Shown piece after piece: positions 1-8,714 of a DNA stretch of 58,766 nucleotides. The notes below the pieces were generated by a model. It was not told the DNA's origin, made no database searches, and worked only from the letters and a program-made list of their open reading frames with translations. Position 1 is the first letter of the stretch. Each line of letters begins with the position of its first letter. The position numbers and the translations under genes were made by a program. Source of the DNA: Lachnospiraceae bacterium (GTDB taxonomy: Bacteria > Bacteroidota > Bacteroidia > Bacteroidales > Bacteroidaceae); assembly GCA_963657465.1 (NCBI GenBank), contig CAVKNU010000001.1, forward strand, positions 1 to 58,766, read 5' to 3'.

Positions 1-1
1 G

Positions 2-1294
2 GCTTCCAAACTTGTCGCTGTTCGCCATTCTCAATCCTCCGTTCAGGGTCAGGAAGCCATCGAAGAGCACCTGCTGCAAGGTGACGTAAGGCGAATACTC
101 CGTGATGCTCTTTCGGGAGATAGTTTGCATTTGGGCAGGCTTGCTTCCGTCGCCATAAGCGTGACCTCCCGACATCGGAATCTTTCCTGTATAGGTGTTG
201 AAGTCGAAGCCCACGGCTGCCGTCGCCATCTTCCAAGGGTTGAAGTTCTGATAGGCGAGAATGCCGAAGCGGTCGTCGAGACTATGGAAATGATTTGGAT
301 CGTCGATGAAATGGTTGCCATAGCTGTAGTAGATGCGAACGGCTCCATTAGTGGCATCATAGCGATTGCTCAGCATGAAGGAAGCCTCACCACGAGTGAT
401 GTCCTGATGATAAATATCAGTAGATTCTGCGTTCTTCAATCTCGCATAAATCGGGTCGTTGCCGATGAAATTCATAAGCGAATAGTCGGCAGAGAGAGCC
501 CAATTCTGCGTGAGGTCGTAACCCAACTTGGCATAGAGGCTCGACTGCTTGAAGTCGAAGTTATCCTGCAAGCCATCGGTTCGGTCGTAACCGAGCGAGA
601 CCATCGAGGAGAACTTGCCCTTGCGCACCATATTGGTGAGCGAGTTTTGCCAAGTATTATAACTACCATACTGCGAGGTAAGCGTGGTACGAACACCATC
701 TTGCTGACCATGATGACCACCAAAAGCCCCTACTCCTTGCTTGGTAATGACGTTGATGACTCCACCCATCGCATTCGAGCCATAGAGCACGGAACCAGGT
801 CCACGAAGCACCTCCACGTGGTCCACATACTCCGTCTCATAGAAGTCGGCAACAGGATGGGAATACAAGCCAGCAAACTGTGGCTGCCCATCCACCATCA
901 TCAGGATTCCGCTGGTAGGTGAGCCTCCCACTCCACGAATCTTTATACCACCGCTTCCACCGTTGCTCACGCCAAATCCGAAGATGTTTCTCTGCGAGAC
1001 GAAGAGGCTTGGAATCTCGCCCGAGATTGCCGAGAGGAGTTGCGTCTTACCTGTCGCCTCCAGTTGGCGGCTATTGATAATCGAAACGGTATAAGGCAGG
1101 AGATTGCGAGAAGTGGCTTGGTTGCTGCCCGTCACCACCACGTCGCCCAAGCTATGCACCTTTGTCGTATCAGCAAGGCCTTGTGATTTCTGCAAGTTTG
1201 CAGCTTGTGACTTTGACAAATTTGCAGCTTTGCCTTGTACAAGAAAAGGACTTATAAAGCCTACCCCAAGAGCTATCAGAATCTTTTTATCCAT
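2..1294 (-). CDS. TonB-dependent outer-membrane receptor, N-terminal part (runs off the window edge)
   Basis: Absent from the ORF track because no stop lies in the window. Manual translation from ATG at 1294 gives MDKKILIALGVG...LGDVVVTGS (TonB-box-like)...IRGVGG...VEVLRGPGSVLYGSNAMGGVINVIT, a plug-domain signature. TAATTTTG -7 box at ~1338-1345. Confidence 0.9.
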   Translation of the reverse strand, partial: MDKKILIALGVGFISPFLVQGKAANLSKSQAANLQKSQGLADTTKVHSLGDVVVTGSNQATSRNLLPYTVSIINSRQLEATGKTQLLSAISGEIPSLFVSQRNIFGFGVSNGGSGGIKIRGVGGSPTSGILMMVDGQPQFAGLYSHPVADFYETEYVDHVEVLRGPGSVLYGSNAMGGVINVITKQGVGAFGGHHGQQDGVRTTLTSQYGSYNTWQNSLTNMVRKGKFSSMVSLGYDRTDGLQDNFDFKQSSLYAKLGYDLTQNWALSADYSLMNFIGNDPIYARLKNAESTDIYHQDITRGEASFMLSNRYDATNGAVRIYYSYGNHFIDDPNHFHSLDDRFGILAYQNFNPWKMATAAVGFDFNTYTGKIPMSGGHAYGDGSKPAQMQTISRKSITEYSPYVTLQQVLFDGFLTLNGGLRMANSDKFGS

Positions 1295-1407
1295 ATTTAT
1301 TATCTATTATAATTTTATGTGAATCAACTTTCGACTGCAAAATTACAAGAAAATCTTGAAACTACCGATAAACAGATTACAGATACATTAATCCATATTA
1401 CAGAAAT

Positions 1408-1711
1408 CTCCGTCTCAGTGTCTCAAATCTCAGTTGAAAATAAATGCCACCTCCAACTTGCCATCACTCCTCTTCTTATTATCTTCCTGCACTCTTTTCC
1501 ATTTATAACTTATTGATTATTAACTAATTATATATTATATTATTTATATTATTATATATATAATATAAGAAAGAGAGAAAATTACACCCCCTTGTAAAAA
1601 CAACTGAGACACTGAGACAGAGACGGCAAGAATGCAAGAAAGCTTTCTAATTCCCTAAAAAGCAACGAGTTACAAAATCAACAAGAAAGCGATTTCACTG
1701 AGACTGTCTCA
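1408..1711. repeat. Imperfect inverted repeats made of GTCTCA/TGAGAC units around an AT-rich core
   Basis: Left arm ccgtctcagtgtctcaaatctcagttg (1410-1436). Right arm caactgagacactgagacagagacgg (1601-1626). Nearly pure A/T at 1501-1568. Extra palindrome tgagactgtctca at 1699-1711. Confidence 0.75.
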
Positions 1712-1800
1712 ATTAACGGCTCAAAAAGCCCATTTTACTCCTCCCAAAAGCCTTCAAAAAACACAAAGAAACTGCCATCTTGTGGACTTTTTACAAATTA

Positions 1801-1840
1801 TTTTCCTAACTAGAGAAAAATATTTTCCTAGTTAGAAAAG
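1801..1840. repeat. Tandem short palindromes with a CTAACTAG/CTAGTTAG core (REP-like)
   Basis: ttttcctaactagagaaaa followed by ttttcctagttagaaaa. Confidence 0.5.
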
Positions 1841-1841
1841 C

Positions 1842-1875
1842 AAAGGGAGTGGTTTTGTTCATACAACCACTCCCC
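1842..1875 (-). terminator. Probable intrinsic terminator after the DUF362 gene
   Basis: Stem gggagtggtt...aaccactccc directly after the stop at 1884, followed by a short T-run on the minus strand. Confidence 0.6.
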
Positions 1876-1883
1876 AAAATAAG

Positions 1884-2590
1884 TTATTTGAGATGAATTA
1901 TCTTGTACTTCTTGCTTCCCAAGCCAATCTTCTCGGCATAATCCGTGATGTAAGTACCATGCTGACGGTTGATGCGCTCGATGAGCGGTTTCTCGTCATC
2001 GCCTGGCTGAGCCTTGTGGTTGAACACGAGGTCGAGACAAGCTTGGTCGAGAGCCACAGGGTCGGTGCTGGCAAGGATGCCCATGTCCTTGAGCTTAGGG
2101 TCGGCAGGATGACTGTCGCAATCGCAGTCCACACTCATGTTGTTCATCACGTTGATGTAGATGATGTCCTTGCCATGGTTGAAGTACTCATGCACGCCCT
2201 GTGCCGCAGCTGCCATGCTCTCCAAAAAATCATCCTGCTTAGGCAGGTTTGCCCAAAGCTGGGAGGCATCCTGTACCTTTCCTGCTGTATGGATGTAAGC
2301 CTTGCCATCGGTAGAGGCTACGCCGATGCTCTGGTTCTTGAGCACTCCACGAGAGTACCGTTCACCTCATCTACAAGGTTGCGAATCAAGGTTGGCTTCA
2401 GATAGTTGTTGCCACCCATCTCGCCCGAACTAATCTTGATTGCCACGTGTCCGTGGGCAGGCACGCCGAGCGCCTTGTAGATGCGAACCAAAGCCTCTGG
2501 GCTAATCTCCTTGGTCATGTAAACCTTTGACTGGGCATGGAGCATCATCGTGCTCATCAATGCCAAAGCTACTACTAAGAATTTCTTCAT
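1884..2590 (-). pseudogene. DUF362-family (Fe-S cluster) protein split by an internal deletion with frameshift
   Basis: ORF 2318-2590 has a signal peptide, VAIKISSGE and GTLVEC. ORF 1884-2345 has LKNQSIG, SVDCDC and ASTDPVALDQA. The two are in different frames and the expected middle (NTAY...HFKGH..GFGG) is absent. Confidence 0.8.
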
Positions 2591-2685
2591 ATTTATTCAA
2601 ATTTTGATATTTTCAACCATTTATGGACGCAAAAATACAAAATTATTTCGAAACACAATGTACCTAAATTACAGATTCTACCATT

Positions 2686-3702
2686 TTATCTCCTTTTCAG
2701 TATCACATAAATGATCACAGGAGCACCCATCAAAGGAGTGACGGCATTCAGAGGAATCATCCCACCATCGGCAGGAAGAAAGCAAATCAGATTGCAAGCC
2801 AAGGCGATGACACTTCCCATCAAGAGCGTAAGAGGCAACAGACTGCGATGATTGTCGGTGGAGAACAAAAGACGAACCACATGCGGCGTTGCCAAGCCAA
2901 TGAAGGCCACAGGCCCACAGAAGGCTGTGACGACCGCCGTAAGAAGTCCGGTAACAATCAGCAAGAGATGACGCAACCTGCGAACATGAAAGCCTAGATT
3001 CTCAGCATATTGTTCGCCCAGCAACAAGGCATTCAGGGGCTTGACAAGACAAAGCGACAAAGCCAAACCTACCATGGTGACAAGCGCAAACACAGGCACT
3101 TGTCCCATCGTGACATTGCCAAAGGTGCCCATTCCCCATATCGCATACGACTTGACACCCTCATCTGTGGCAAAGAAGTTGAGCAAGCTGATGGCACTGC
3201 TCGAAATATAACCAATCATAAGTCCCACGATGAGCAACATGACGTGGCTGCGCACCATCGTAGAGAAGAAAAAGATGAGTGCCGTGACTGCCAAAGCACC
3301 CACAAAAGCACTCGCCAGCACGGCAGCAAAACCTGTAAGCGACAAGCCCATCGCCGACACGCTTCCTCCCATGCCCAGCATCACAAGAGCCACAGCCAGG
3401 CCAGCACCACTACTGATGCCAAAGACATCAGGACCAGCCAATGGATTGCGGAAAGCCGTCTGAAGCAAAAGACCGCTCACCGCCAAGGCTGCTCCTGCCA
3501 AGAGAGCCGTCAGCATCTGTGGCAATCGTGATTCCATCACAATGTATCGCCACGCCTCCTGCTCCACTTTGCCCCCTGTCAGTATCGTCCACACCTCTCC
3601 CAGGGGAATAGCCACGCTACCCACCGTCAGGTTGAGCACTGCCAATACCAAAATCAGCACCACCAGGAATGCTCCACACACTAAGCTCTTGTTTTTTTTC
3701 AT
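2686..3702 (-). CDS. btuC: FecCD/BtuC-family ABC permease (cobalamin uptake)
   Basis: Motifs RLPQ, QTAFRNPLAGP, LLLGEQYAENLG and GPVAFIGLATPH; lies in the B12-riboswitch operon. Confidence 0.9.
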   Translation of the reverse strand: MKKNKSLVCGAFLVVLILVLAVLNLTVGSVAIPLGEVWTILTGGKVEQEAWRYIVMESRLPQMLTALLAGAALAVSGLLLQTAFRNPLAGPDVFGISSGAGLAVALVMLGMGGSVSAMGLSLTGFAAVLASAFVGALAVTALIFFFSTMVRSHVMLLIVGLMIGYISSSAISLLNFFATDEGVKSYAIWGMGTFGNVTMGQVPVFALVTMVGLALSLCLVKPLNALLLGEQYAENLGFHVRRLRHLLLIVTGLLTAVVTAFCGPVAFIGLATPHVVRLLFSTDNHRSLLPLTLLMGSVIALACNLICFLPADGGMIPLNAVTPLMGAPVIIYVILKRR

Positions 3703-3738
3703 AAAATATTTCTCTACTTATTCAAGACGGAAAACTTA

Positions 3739-4986
3739 TTAGCATTCCACCGTTCTGCCAGCCACAGGCAAATCGTCTGGCTCATTCATTTCTTTATAGA
3801 AACGTAATCCGCCAAGTTTTAGTATCTGTTTCTGATATTTTCTAAACTTGAAATTACGAGCAGGATGAGTAAGCAAGATAAATTCACGGAGCAACACTTC
3901 GGGATGGAAACTGGTCACCTCGAAGAAAGGTTGCACGCTGGTGTTGCACTCATAGATGTTGCCCGACATGAAAGCATAAAGCGTCTTGTACCCATCATAC
4001 TCTTGAAGCAACTGCGGACGAGTGAGTGGCTTCGGTTCGAAATACTTGAAAGCCCAGACCTCTACCTCGTTTCCCTTTGCCAATATCTGCTCAGGACTCA
4101 AGGCTAGACTACCACTGTGCGAATCGTTGGCAAAAATGTATTTCGCATGCGCATCCTTAATCAATCGGCCGATGGTGCTCTGTCCGCCCGGCACGTACCA
4201 CACGCTACCCGTCTTTCGTTCCGTCAGGATGGAGAGTCCCTCAGGCAATTGCTGGGCTTGCTTTTTCAAAGACTCATACTCCTTGGCAATCGCACCAAAA
4301 AGGGAATCAGCACGCTCTTCACAACCGAAGAGCGCACCATAGAATTTCATCCATTCCGCACGCCCCAAAGGAGAAGTCTCCATATAATCGGCGGTCTCGA
4401 TGATAGGCACCTTCATCTTATCGAGCTTACCATAGCCACCGCTGTTCTCGAAAGGAGAAATCAGCAAGGCTTCGGGCTTAAGCTGGATGATTCGCTCTAT
4501 CATCGGTTGCATACTCGAACCGCAGTCCAGCACCTTCTCCCCTGGTTTCTTTGACAAGGCACGTTGCTGGATGGCAGGGATATTGATGTAGGACAAATCA
4601 CACACACCGCTGATAGCCTGCTGACAACCCATCTCATACATGAGCTGACAATGAGGCGAGGTAAACACCACGCTCTTTGCTACAGGCGTACGCACCAAGT
4701 CGGTGTGCAATTGTCCCTCACTTTGCTTCTGCAATTTAGCCACCACAGCATCTCCATCCTTGCCCTTTGGCACCAAGAGATAACGATGCAAGAGTGCACC
4801 TTGCTTCCACGGATTGGCAAGCAACACCTCCATGTAGCCCTCATGCTTCACCATCGTGAGATGCTGTGCGTATTGCAGGGAGAGCGTATCAGACTCTTCC
4901 GTAGAAACATGAGTATTGCCACCTTGACACGAAGTCAAGATGGCAATTACAAAAATTAATATAAATGATTGGATATGTTTTCTCAT
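3739..4986 (-). CDS. btuF: ABC substrate-binding lipoprotein (BtuF-like)
   Basis: Lipobox LTSC; ADYMETSPLGRAEWMKF periplasmic-binding-protein motif; operon context. Confidence 0.85.
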   Translation of the reverse strand: MRKHIQSFILIFVIAILTSCQGGNTHVSTEESDTLSLQYAQHLTMVKHEGYMEVLLANPWKQGALLHRYLLVPKGKDGDAVVAKLQKQSEGQLHTDLVRTPVAKSVVFTSPHCQLMYEMGCQQAISGVCDLSYINIPAIQQRALSKKPGEKVLDCGSSMQPMIERIIQLKPEALLISPFENSGGYGKLDKMKVPIIETADYMETSPLGRAEWMKFYGALFGCEERADSLFGAIAKEYESLKKQAQQLPEGLSILTERKTGSVWYVPGGQSTIGRLIKDAHAKYIFANDSHSGSLALSPEQILAKGNEVEVWAFKYFEPKPLTRPQLLQEYDGYKTLYAFMSGNIYECNTSVQPFFEVTSFHPEVLLREFILLTHPARNFKFRKYQKQILKLGGLRFYKEMNEPDDLPVAGRTVEC

Positions 4987-4989
4987 TCC

Positions 4990-6171
4990 TTACTTTGTAT
5001 ATTTGGTCTCTGTTCTAACGGCAGAATCAAAGAAGACTGCGCAAGGACCAACACCTACTGTATATTTGTTCAGCTTTGTTCCGTCGTTTTGAAATTCTAC
5101 CACATAACCATTGGCATTGTAATCAGCATAACCTGCATCACCCAAGCTGTAAGAGAGGATGAATACATTCTCTGTCAAAGGATCTACAGCAATGCCACAA
5201 GGACTTGCAAGAGCCTCTGAAGGAGTAAAGCTACCTACCTGCTTGCTAAGTGCATTATAAGTAGAATAGCTTACGCTTCCACCGTATGGTGCATTCAAAA
5301 TATAGAAGATTGGCTCAGCCTGCATGATTTGCATTCTTGTATCAGGAGAACGCTTAATATACATGGCTACATAGTTACCATCAGCAATCTTAGTAGAAGT
5401 TCCTGCAGCCCAATCAATCACCTTAAATGCATTCTCACCATAAGCATTATAGCTAGCATCGTAATACTGATTATCAACTACATACACACCTGTCATGGTA
5501 GCAAATACTGCTGTAGGGTTGTTGATTCCCTCAATTTTCTTTGGATCTTCATTATTATCACTAGTTTTGGTCCAATTGATGCGAGAGAGGGTTCCGCCAC
5601 CCATTGCGTAGTTAGAGTTAGCCACATAGATGTATTCACCATAAACAGCCAATCCCTCTGGATAGCTACCTACCTGATACTTAGCCTGCAAATCGAAGTT
5701 GACGGTATCGACAGCAGCCACATAACCACCATAAGTAGTGAAATACACCTTACCATCATTAGAAATAATGTGACGAGGCTCGCTACCCTCTGCATTTCCG
5801 AGCAACTCTGTTGTCTTAATTTGCTTGATACTCTCCTTGGTGTATTTATCCAATACTTCGATGGTATTTTCCTGATCTACAACAAGATACATTTTATCGC
5901 CATAAATGATACCATCATTGGCAGTATTACCAAGGCTACGGCCGTTAGCTTTCTTGAATACATTCTGAGTTGCTGTACTTGTCTCATAGCTGATACCTGT
6001 CAAAGAACTCTCAATATTGCTATACATATTACCAGAGTTGACTACATAAGCGCCAGTGGCGTATTCTTCCACACTCTGATAGTAATTATTATCATCATCA
6101 TCGTCACCACATGATGTCAACACTGCTGTACCCATCAAGAGCACAGCCAAACCTAATAAATACTTCTTCAT
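4990..6171 (-). CDS. btuG: YncE-like beta-propeller surface lipoprotein (BtuG-like)
   Basis: Lipobox LTSC followed by the acidic run GDDDDD; blade-like repeats (SLGNTAND, EPRHI, VGSYPEGL, IYVANS); adjacent to btuB. Confidence 0.8.
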   Translation of the reverse strand: MKKYLLGLAVLLMGTAVLTSCGDDDDDNNYYQSVEEYATGAYVVNSGNMYSNIESSLTGISYETSTATQNVFKKANGRSLGNTANDGIIYGDKMYLVVDQENTIEVLDKYTKESIKQIKTTELLGNAEGSEPRHIISNDGKVYFTTYGGYVAAVDTVNFDLQAKYQVGSYPEGLAVYGEYIYVANSNYAMGGGTLSRINWTKTSDNNEDPKKIEGINNPTAVFATMTGVYVVDNQYYDASYNAYGENAFKVIDWAAGTSTKIADGNYVAMYIKRSPDTRMQIMQAEPIFYILNAPYGGSVSYSTYNALSKQVGSFTPSEALASPCGIAVDPLTENVFILSYSLGDAGYADYNANGYVVEFQNDGTKLNKYTVGVGPCAVFFDSAVRTETKYTK

Positions 6172-6221
6172 TGTCTGTTTACCTTTCTTTTATTATATAA
6201 TTATGTTATTTTATTCCTTTA

Positions 6222-8231
6222 TTAAAAACTGTATTTCACGCTCACTTGCCAACTTCTACCTGGCATCGGATAATGACCAACTATCTCATATTGCTTATCC
6301 AGCAAGTTCTTAATGTCGCCCCGTAATTCAAAGTGTCCCCAGGTGCGATAGGCAGTCAGTCCCATGTCCCAATAACCATCCACCTCCGTACCTTCGTAGT
6401 GATTGTTGTTTGCCCATCGGCTACTCATTCCTGTGCCATGAAGCGAGAGATTCAGCAAAGGATTCGTCCAGCCCACAGCCACACTTCCTGAATGCATCGG
6501 TGTGTAAGCCACCTGTTTACCATAGTTATCCGAAGTTTTATCCGTATGGTTCACAACTCGCTGATAACTATAAGAACCAGAAAGCGTTAACTCACTTCGA
6601 TTAGAGATTTGGTAAGCCATCTTCACGCTCGCATCCAATCCCTTGACATCCACCTTGGCAAGGTTGACCGTACGCCAAATAAACATGTTGTAAGGCACTC
6701 CCACTATCTTATCTTTCACGCGATTGAGGTAACCATCCACCGTGAGTTGAGAAGTCAAAACTGGATTCCATCTGTGGCTCCACGTCACACCCAGATTGAA
6801 CTGTTGCGTCTTCTCTGGATTGAGGTCCGTGCTGCCATAATGAAAGAAATAACTCTCATTGAAGGTTGGCACTCGAAAGATGTCCTTATAGGATGCTCGG
6901 AGATACAAATCTTCTAGCTCCATCAATCGATAAGACGCCGAGAGCGATGGTGACAACCGACGCATGTCCTTGGCTGCCGCTCCCTTCTTCGCCTGATTGA
7001 AATAGAGCGAGCCTAGCAATCTTGCCAATGCCACCCATCTGCCAGCCGTGCATTTCGCCGTAAGCGATTGCAACACAGCCTGTCGGCTCGGACGTCCATC
7101 CGTGGCAAGTGTGCTGTTGAGATTGTTGAGCACATAATCAGCCGAATAATCCATGGTCCAATGCTCATTCATCAACCACATCAATGCTGCCGAAGCATAA
7201 TATTCTCGTTGCCAATAAGTGGCATCATTGCGACGCTGCGCCACCAGCGAATCCGAATAAGCCGATGAAGCCCAGTTGTACTTGGCATTCAGTTTCAAGA
7301 GCCATCGGTCGTCACGGCTACGAGTTTGCCATCGAGCCTGCACCAGGGCATTGCGATCACGCAACTGCTCGGCATTCAGATTGGTGTAATATCTCACGAT
7401 GCCTGGCAACTGTCGGTCGTTGTCGTAGTAATACAGCTTAGCCCAAAGTTGGCTTCGCTTGCCTGTGCGTCCATACAGATTCACCTCACCATGCCCACTG
7501 TTCATACGGCTATTCGTACGATGCTCTTTCGTGGTCAGTTTGCCATTGCGCAACGTAAAAGGGTAGTCATTTTCTGCATACACGTATTCTCCCATCACCG
7601 ACAAGGTGAATCGCTCGGAGAGCCGTTGCACATAACGAGCGAAAGGACTTACATAGCCAAAGGAGCCCATCTTGCACTGAGCCGAGAGATGAGCCCGTCG
7701 GTCTGCAGGAATCTCATTCATCGTCTCAATGGCAAGCACTGCCGCCACCGAAGCCTGTCGAGCCGTCAAGAAGATGTCATCATTATCGCCCACCGTGAGA
7801 CGCAACGTCTCCACATTGTCAAGCGAATACCTCGACACATCTATCTCGCCTCCCTGACATTCGCTGAGCAGGATGCCATCATAGCTCACACCCGTATGTT
7901 GGGCACCAAAGCCACGCACCGACATGGTCTTCATGCCTCCAGCCCCTCCATAATCACGCAGATTGATGCCTGGCAATCGATGCAGAGCATCTGCCAAGTC
8001 TGTAACACCCAGCGTACGCATCTCTTGCCGGTCAAGGAGTTGCAAGGGAGAAGTGCTGCGCACCATCTGCTTCTGGCGTCCCTTCACCTCTACTTCCTGC
8101 AATTGCAGATTGCGAAGCGAGTCTTGCGGTAAGTCCACAGTAGGAGCAGGCAAGCACGAAGTTGCCATCATCCATCGACACGACCACCCCATGCATCCCA
8201 GCGTCATCATTCTCAATGACTTCATGCCCAT
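6222..8231 (-). CDS. btuB: TonB-dependent cobalamin receptor
   Basis: LQEVEVKG TonB-box-like segment, plug motif DYGGAGGMKTMSVRG, C-terminal YPMPGRSWQVSVKYSF; downstream of the cobalamin riboswitch. Confidence 0.9.
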   Translation of the reverse strand: MGMKSLRMMTLGCMGWSCRWMMATSCLPAPTVDLPQDSLRNLQLQEVEVKGRQKQMVRSTSPLQLLDRQEMRTLGVTDLADALHRLPGINLRDYGGAGGMKTMSVRGFGAQHTGVSYDGILLSECQGGEIDVSRYSLDNVETLRLTVGDNDDIFLTARQASVAAVLAIETMNEIPADRRAHLSAQCKMGSFGYVSPFARYVQRLSERFTLSVMGEYVYAENDYPFTLRNGKLTTKEHRTNSRMNSGHGEVNLYGRTGKRSQLWAKLYYYDNDRQLPGIVRYYTNLNAEQLRDRNALVQARWQTRSRDDRWLLKLNAKYNWASSAYSDSLVAQRRNDATYWQREYYASAALMWLMNEHWTMDYSADYVLNNLNSTLATDGRPSRQAVLQSLTAKCTAGRWVALARLLGSLYFNQAKKGAAAKDMRRLSPSLSASYRLMELEDLYLRASYKDIFRVPTFNESYFFHYGSTDLNPEKTQQFNLGVTWSHRWNPVLTSQLTVDGYLNRVKDKIVGVPYNMFIWRTVNLAKVDVKGLDASVKMAYQISNRSELTLSGSYSYQRVVNHTDKTSDNYGKQVAYTPMHSGSVAVGWTNPLLNLSLHGTGMSSRWANNNHYEGTEVDGYWDMGLTAYRTWGHFELRGDIKNLLDKQYEIVGHYPMPGRSWQVSVKYSF

Positions 8232-8337
8232 TTCTTTGTTATTTATCTAAATTTTATGTGCCATCCCCAGCCCAATCCACGAGGCTAGATGGTCTGCAGT
8301 CTCACCCACCCTTTTCTTCAGGTGGCACAAACTGGCA

Positions 8338-8575
8338 ACGGCAGGTCTTCTGGCTTACATCTATCGAGCATTTCATTATAAAAGAAACTCTGAGGACAAA
8401 CGGTCTTCCCGAAAAAATGTCAGTGACCTTTTATTGTCTGTCCCTTCTCGCCACAGAGAAAAGATGCTAACAGCAGCGGGACTGCTCAGGTTTTCCACCT
8501 GATTCCCTTTTAATCATCACCGTCTCTTATCACACTTTATTGAAAGGTGTTTGGGGGACGATAATGAACCAATTG
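8338..8575 (-). ncRNA. Cobalamin (B12) riboswitch
   Basis: Minus strand reads TGGTT...AAAAGGGAATCAGGTGGAAAACCTGAGCAGTCCCGCTGCTGT...CACTG...GGGAAG...AGCCAGAAGACCTGCC (B12 box). TAATTTTG promoter box at 8581-8588. Confidence 0.95.
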
Positions 8576-8714
8576 CGCGGCAAAATTACAAATATTGCAC
8601 GAAACAGCCAAATTTTAATGAAAATAAATGACACTCCAACACAACAAATTGCATTTTTTGGAGTTATCATAGGTAATATAAGAATAGAACGCAACATAAA
8701 CTATCGAAGAAAGA

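Noticed and set aside
125..922. 265-aa plus-strand ORF
   Set aside because: Antisense shadow of the minus-strand TonB-dependent receptor; no recognisable motifs.
1180..1233. AANLSKSQ/AANLQKSQ tandem duplication in the receptor N-terminus
   Set aside because: A simple in-frame 24-bp duplication in a linker after the signal peptide; little functional implication.
2318..2350. Programmed frameshift joining the two DUF362 ORFs
   Set aside because: No slippery sequence, and conserved internal motifs are missing, so a deletion fits better.
8633..8664. Invertible promoter for the polysaccharide locus
   Set aside because: The inverted repeat is only ~7 bp with a ~18-bp interior, too small to hold a promoter, and no recombinase is nearby.
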